32,000 nucleotides of DNA. Origin: Mycolicibacterium smegmatis (lineage in GTDB: Bacteria; Actinomycetota; Actinomycetes; Mycobacteriales; Mycobacteriaceae). The stretch covers positions 1,440,001-1,472,000 of the forward strand of contig NZ_LN831039.1 of assembly GCF_001457595.1 (NCBI RefSeq), in the 5' to 3' direction. Made by a program: the position numbers and the translations under genes. The notes beneath the pieces are model-generated. The model was not told where the DNA came from. It searched no databases and saw nothing but the letters and a program-made list of their open reading frames with translations. Below, in pieces: positions 28,321 to 32,000 of the stretch. How positions within the stretch are numbered: the stretch's first letter is position 1; every line of letters begins with the position of its first letter.

Positions 28321-28348
28321 CTCTTTCCAACTTCAAGGTTGGAAAGAG
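28321..28348. promoter_or_regulatory. Inverted repeat: candidate operator site 4 and/or rho-independent terminator of the coxG-side operon
   Basis: CTCTTTCCAAC-TTCAAG-GTTGGAAAGAG, 11-bp perfect arms. Read on the minus strand it is followed by AGCTTCTTTTTG. Confidence 0.6.
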
Positions 28349-28384
28349 GGTGATCAGTGGCGATAAGATCGTCCGCTGAGCCTC

Positions 28385-29035
28385 TCAGCGGCGTCGCGGA
28401 AACGCTCGCGATACGAGCCAGCCCTCGACCATGCCCGCCAGGAAGACACCGGCGAAGGCGATGCCTTTCTTCGCGCCTGGCGGAATCATCGACAACAGGT
28501 CGAGGGTCGGATCGGGGGCGGCTGGGCCGTGCAGGGAATGCGACCGTGTGCCCGCGACGGGTGCCGGCCCGACGGCGTCGCCGGATGCCGGATCTGTCTG
28601 CAGCAGCATCGCCACATTGTGTGCGAACTGTTCCATGAGCTTGTTCGACACCGCGACGATCGCGCCTTTGCCGAACGCGACGATCTTGCCGCTCAACACG
28701 AGATCGGTGTCGACCTGCAACTCGGACCCGCCGCCGGATTCGACCACCGCAAGTTCGACGTGTGCCTGCGCATCGCCGCCTCCGTGCGAGTCGACTCCTC
28801 TGCCGTCCAACACAATCCGACGACGCTCTTCGTCGGTTTTCACGAATTGCAACCTGCCGTCGTATGCCGCGGAGATCGGCCCGACCTTGACCTTGATGTT
28901 GCCGAGATAGGCGTCGTCACTCCGACCGGTCAACGCGGCGCCTGGCACACAGACCGCGATCCGTTCGACGTCCTGGATGAGCGTGAACACCTCGTCGGGT
29001 GCAGCGGGAATGGCCACGGTGTTGCGTAGTTTCAC
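28385..29035 (-). CDS. CoxG-like (carbon monoxide dehydrogenase subunit G, SRPBCC) protein
   Basis: GTG 29035 (GTGA overlap with upstream stop); VKLRNTVAIPAAPDEVFTLIQDVERIAVCVPGAALTGRSDDAYLGNIKVKVGPISAAYDGRLQF..., C-terminal hydrophobic segment. Confidence 0.88.
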   Translation of the reverse strand: MKLRNTVAIPAAPDEVFTLIQDVERIAVCVPGAALTGRSDDAYLGNIKVKVGPISAAYDGRLQFVKTDEERRRIVLDGRGVDSHGGGDAQAHVELAVVESGGGSELQVDTDLVLSGKIVAFGKGAIVAVSNKLMEQFAHNVAMLLQTDPASGDAVGPAPVAGTRSHSLHGPAAPDPTLDLLSMIPPGAKKGIAFAGVFLAGMVEGWLVSRAFPRRR

Positions 29036-29586
29036 TTCGATCGCCGATCTTGTTGAAGGGTCGGTTCGCCATCGACTTCGGCATCGACTTCGGCACCGGA
29101 CTGACACTTGGCCCGCCGGTTCGCGGCACACGAAGCGATGCTGTCCACGATGCTCTGGTAACCCGTACACCGGCAGAGGTTCGACGCCACGACCTCGCGG
29201 ATCTCCTCACGTGTGGGGTCGGGAACCTCGTCGAGAAACCCTTGCGCGAGCATGAGGAATCCCGGGGTGCAGAACCCGCACTGCAAGCCGTGGTTCTCGG
29301 TGAAAGCCTGCTGCAGGTCACCCAGGCTGCCGTCGTCGTTCGCCAGGGACTCCACGGTGCGGATCTGCTTGCCCTCGGCCTGCACGGCGAACATCAGACA
29401 CGCTCTGGTGGGCGCCCCGTCGACCAGCACCGTGCATGCGCCGCACACGCCATGCTCGCAGCCGACATGCGTGCCGGTCAGACCGATGTCGTGGCGCAGG
29501 GCGTCGACCAGCGTGCGGCGGGGTTCGATGATCAACTCGTGTTCGGTGCCGTTGACGTTCAACTCGATCAGTATGCGGTCAGTCAT
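29032..29586 (-). CDS. 2Fe-2S subunit of molybdenum hydroxylase (CoxS-like)
   Basis: MTDRILIELNVNGTEHELIIEPRRTLVDALRHDIGLTGTHVGCEHGVCGACTVLVDGAPTRACLMFAVQAEG...LQCGFCTPGFLMLAQ...ASNLCRCTGYQSI. Confidence 0.93.
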   Translation of the reverse strand: MTDRILIELNVNGTEHELIIEPRRTLVDALRHDIGLTGTHVGCEHGVCGACTVLVDGAPTRACLMFAVQAEGKQIRTVESLANDDGSLGDLQQAFTENHGLQCGFCTPGFLMLAQGFLDEVPDPTREEIREVVASNLCRCTGYQSIVDSIASCAANRRAKCQSGAEVDAEVDGEPTLQQDRRSK

Positions 29587-31981
29587 CGTCGGCCTTCTCG
29601 TCGTGGTGAACACGGGAGAGGGCCGCGGCGACAGCGTGGATGGGGATCGGTGTGTCGTCGAGTTCGACTCCCGTATGGCGCAGGGCATCGTTGACGGCGT
29701 TGAGGATTGCCGCGGGCGCGCCGATGGTGCCACCCTCGCCGGCGCCTTTGGCGCCGGATTCGGTGAACAGACACGGTGTTTCCAGATGCGCGATCCCGAT
29801 GTCGGGGATCTCGCAGGCGGTCGGCACGCGATAGTCGATGAAACTGGCCACCAGTGGTTGGCCGGTCGAGTCGTAGGTGACCTCCTCGAAGAGCGCGCCG
29901 GCGATGCCCTGCGCGATCCCACCGCGGGCCTGTCCCTCGACAACGGTCGGGTTGATCGCCACTCCGCAATCCTCCACACAGAAGTACCGCAGAATCTTCA
30001 CATCGCCGGTGCCCTCGAACACTTCGACCACCGCGCCGTGAGTGGCATTCGAGAACGTGCCGTCATTGTCGACGTCGAAACTCGCCGACGCGCGCAGCCC
30101 CGGTTCCAGACCCTTGGGCAGCAGATGTGCCTTCGCGTAGGCGATGTCGGCCAGCTGTCGGTAGGACAGCGACACCGACGGATCGTCGACGCGGCGCACC
30201 CGCCCCTTGTCGAGCTGCACGTTGTCGATGTGCGTGTCGAGGAGATGCGCCGCGATGTCGCGGAGTTTGTCGCCGAGCTTGACCGCGGCGAGCGCGACCG
30301 CGCTTCCACCGATGGTGATCGAGCGGCTGGCGAAACTCCCGTACCCGTACAGGATTCGGTCCGTGTCGCCCTGGTGGATCTTGACCTGCTCGATGTCGAG
30401 GCCGAGTCGGTCGGCGACGATCTGGGCCATGGTCGTCTCGTGGCTCTGCCCGTGGCTGAGGGTCCCCGTGGTCACCACGACGGTCCCGTCCATGTCCATC
30501 GTGATGTCCGATACGTCGAACCCGGGCACGACGTCCATCTTGCGCGCCGCGAACGCCGCCGAACCGTAGCCCGTGCGCTCGTTGAAGCATGAGAAACCAA
30601 TTCCGATGTGCCGACCGGCTTCTCGGTCACGCAGATCGAACCAACCCTCGCGGCGCAACGTTTCCTCGCACAGGTTCAGCGATTCGAGGTAGGACCCGGG
30701 ATCGTAGGTGATGTTGTTGACCCCGGTATAGGGGAACACCGTGATGAGGTTCCGGCGTCTGATCTCCACCGGGTCGATGTTCAGCTCGCGGGCTGCGCGC
30801 TCCATCAATCGCTCGACGACCATCACGTACTGGGGCCTGCTGACTCCCCGGTACGGCGCCGACGGTGCCTTGTTGGATGCGATGGCGCGGCCACGTACGC
30901 GATAGTCGGGCAGCTTGTAGACCCCGGGAAGCTCGGAAGAGGCCATCAGCGGCTCGATGGCGGCGGTGAACGGGTAGCACGAGTAGGCGCCCATATCGCA
31001 GACCACATCGGCGTCGATGGCGAGCAGGCGGCCGGTTTCGTCGAAGGCCGCCCGAACGTCGTAGCGCTGCTCACGGGCCAGGAACGACGCCGTCAGCGCT
31101 TCTCGCCGATCCTCGGTCCACTTGACGGGCCTGCGCAGGCGCAGCGCCGCGGCGGCCACCGCGATCTCCTCGCGGCCCACCACGCACTTGATCCCGAACC
31201 CACCGCCCATATCGGGCACGATCACCCTGACCTTGCGTTCGTCGAGACCCAGCGATCTGGCGGTGACGGTCCGAACCAGGTGGGGGACTTGGCTGCAGGT
31301 GTAGAGAACCAACTGCTCGTCGCGGTCGTCCCAGTACGCCAGCGCGCCGCGGGTCTCCATCGGAAGTGCGTTCTGCCGGCCGGTCTTGCTGTGCACGCTC
31401 ACCACGACCGCTGCCGAGGCGAAGGCCTCATCGGTGCCTGCGCTGTCGAACAGGGACACGTCGACGAGGGTGTTGTGGGCGGCCTGCTCGTGCACGAGCG
31501 GCGCCCCGGTCGCGAGTGCCTCGTCGATCGTGGTCACGGCGACGCCCGGTTCGTAACGGACGGTCACGGCTTCCAGGGCATCCTCGGCGAGATACTGGTC
31601 GGTGGCCACGACGATCGCCAGCGGCTCTCCCACGAAGCGCACCGTGTCCGAGGCGAGGATCGGCATCTCGGTCGGCACGAACTCCGTCAACGGCCGGTCA
31701 AGGGTGGCGACCATGTTCCCCAGTGCGAGGTCGTCGGCGTCCCACGCGGCCCGCACCCCCTTGATCGACTGCGCCGCACCGAGGTCGATCGAGAGGATCT
31801 TGCCCGCGGCGATCGTGGAGCGGACGAACTGCGCGTGCACCATTCCGGGCAGGGAGATGTCGTCGACGAAGCGACCGGTGCCCGTCAACAGGCGCGGGTC
31901 TTCCCGGCGGCGGACCGAGGTTCCGACCCAGGAACCGCCACGGGCGAGCAGATGATCACTTGTACCGGCGTGAATTGTCAT
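29579..31981 (-). CDS. Molybdopterin-binding large subunit of molybdenum hydroxylase (CoxL-like, not canonical CO dehydrogenase)
   Basis: 800 aa; SWVGTSVRRREDPRLLTGTGRFVDDI, VPDMGGGFGIKCVVGREE, APYRGVSRPQYVMVVERLM, GAKGAGEGGTIGAPAAILNAVNDAL. Confidence 0.92.
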   Translation of the reverse strand: MTIHAGTSDHLLARGGSWVGTSVRRREDPRLLTGTGRFVDDISLPGMVHAQFVRSTIAAGKILSIDLGAAQSIKGVRAAWDADDLALGNMVATLDRPLTEFVPTEMPILASDTVRFVGEPLAIVVATDQYLAEDALEAVTVRYEPGVAVTTIDEALATGAPLVHEQAAHNTLVDVSLFDSAGTDEAFASAAVVVSVHSKTGRQNALPMETRGALAYWDDRDEQLVLYTCSQVPHLVRTVTARSLGLDERKVRVIVPDMGGGFGIKCVVGREEIAVAAAALRLRRPVKWTEDRREALTASFLAREQRYDVRAAFDETGRLLAIDADVVCDMGAYSCYPFTAAIEPLMASSELPGVYKLPDYRVRGRAIASNKAPSAPYRGVSRPQYVMVVERLMERAARELNIDPVEIRRRNLITVFPYTGVNNITYDPGSYLESLNLCEETLRREGWFDLRDREAGRHIGIGFSCFNERTGYGSAAFAARKMDVVPGFDVSDITMDMDGTVVVTTGTLSHGQSHETTMAQIVADRLGLDIEQVKIHQGDTDRILYGYGSFASRSITIGGSAVALAAVKLGDKLRDIAAHLLDTHIDNVQLDKGRVRRVDDPSVSLSYRQLADIAYAKAHLLPKGLEPGLRASASFDVDNDGTFSNATHGAVVEVFEGTGDVKILRYFCVEDCGVAINPTVVEGQARGGIAQGIAGALFEEVTYDSTGQPLVASFIDYRVPTACEIPDIGIAHLETPCLFTESGAKGAGEGGTIGAPAAILNAVNDALRHTGVELDDTPIPIHAVAAALSRVHHDEKADDD

Positions 31982-32000
31982 CAGGCCGCCACGCTTTCGG

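Noticed and set aside
28385-31981. Calling this locus an aerobic CO dehydrogenase
   Set aside because: Large subunit lacks the AYxCSFR signature and no FAD subunit is visible; only family-level assignment is supportable.

Overview
This is a GC-rich actinobacterial chromosome segment. Gene content and family identities look like Mycolicibacterium/M. smegmatis (inference). From left to right: (a) a truncated Cys-type sulfatase translationally coupled to an SRPBCC protein; (b) a NERD-domain SF1 helicase; (c) a MmyB-like XRE regulator divergent from an ilvD-type dehydratase; (d) a purine-catabolism cluster: a fused 2Fe-2S/Mo xanthine dehydrogenase, its FAD subunit, a nucleobase permease fused to an OHCU-decarboxylase-like domain, a free OHCU decarboxylase, HIU hydrolase, urate oxidase, an 8-oxoguanine-deaminase-like amidohydrolase, guanine deaminase and a 2OG-Fe(II) oxygenase; (e) an accessory stretch with a stand-alone LuxR-type HTH, a 55-aa Cys-rich micro-ORF missing from the ORF track, a frameshifted orphan gene and an IS1380-like element, the last two bracketed by two ~95-bp repeats that each contain the same perfect 30-bp palindrome; (f) a second MmyB regulator divergent from an aldo/keto reductase; (g) a TetR/ALDH/EthD/CocE-type operon in which all three enzyme genes are interrupted; (h) a CoxG/CoxS/CoxL-like molybdenum hydroxylase set with an atypical active-site loop. 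Best leads: the permease-fused OHCU domain, which appears to have lost its catalytic His and Glu while sitting beside an intact paralogue; the palindrome-bearing repeats around the orphan gene; and a four-site TTCCAAC-N6-GTTGGAA-like operator family linking the TetR gene to the decayed hydrolase operon. I did not find a convincing brand-new multi-gene system. No tRNA, rRNA or CRISPR array was seen.
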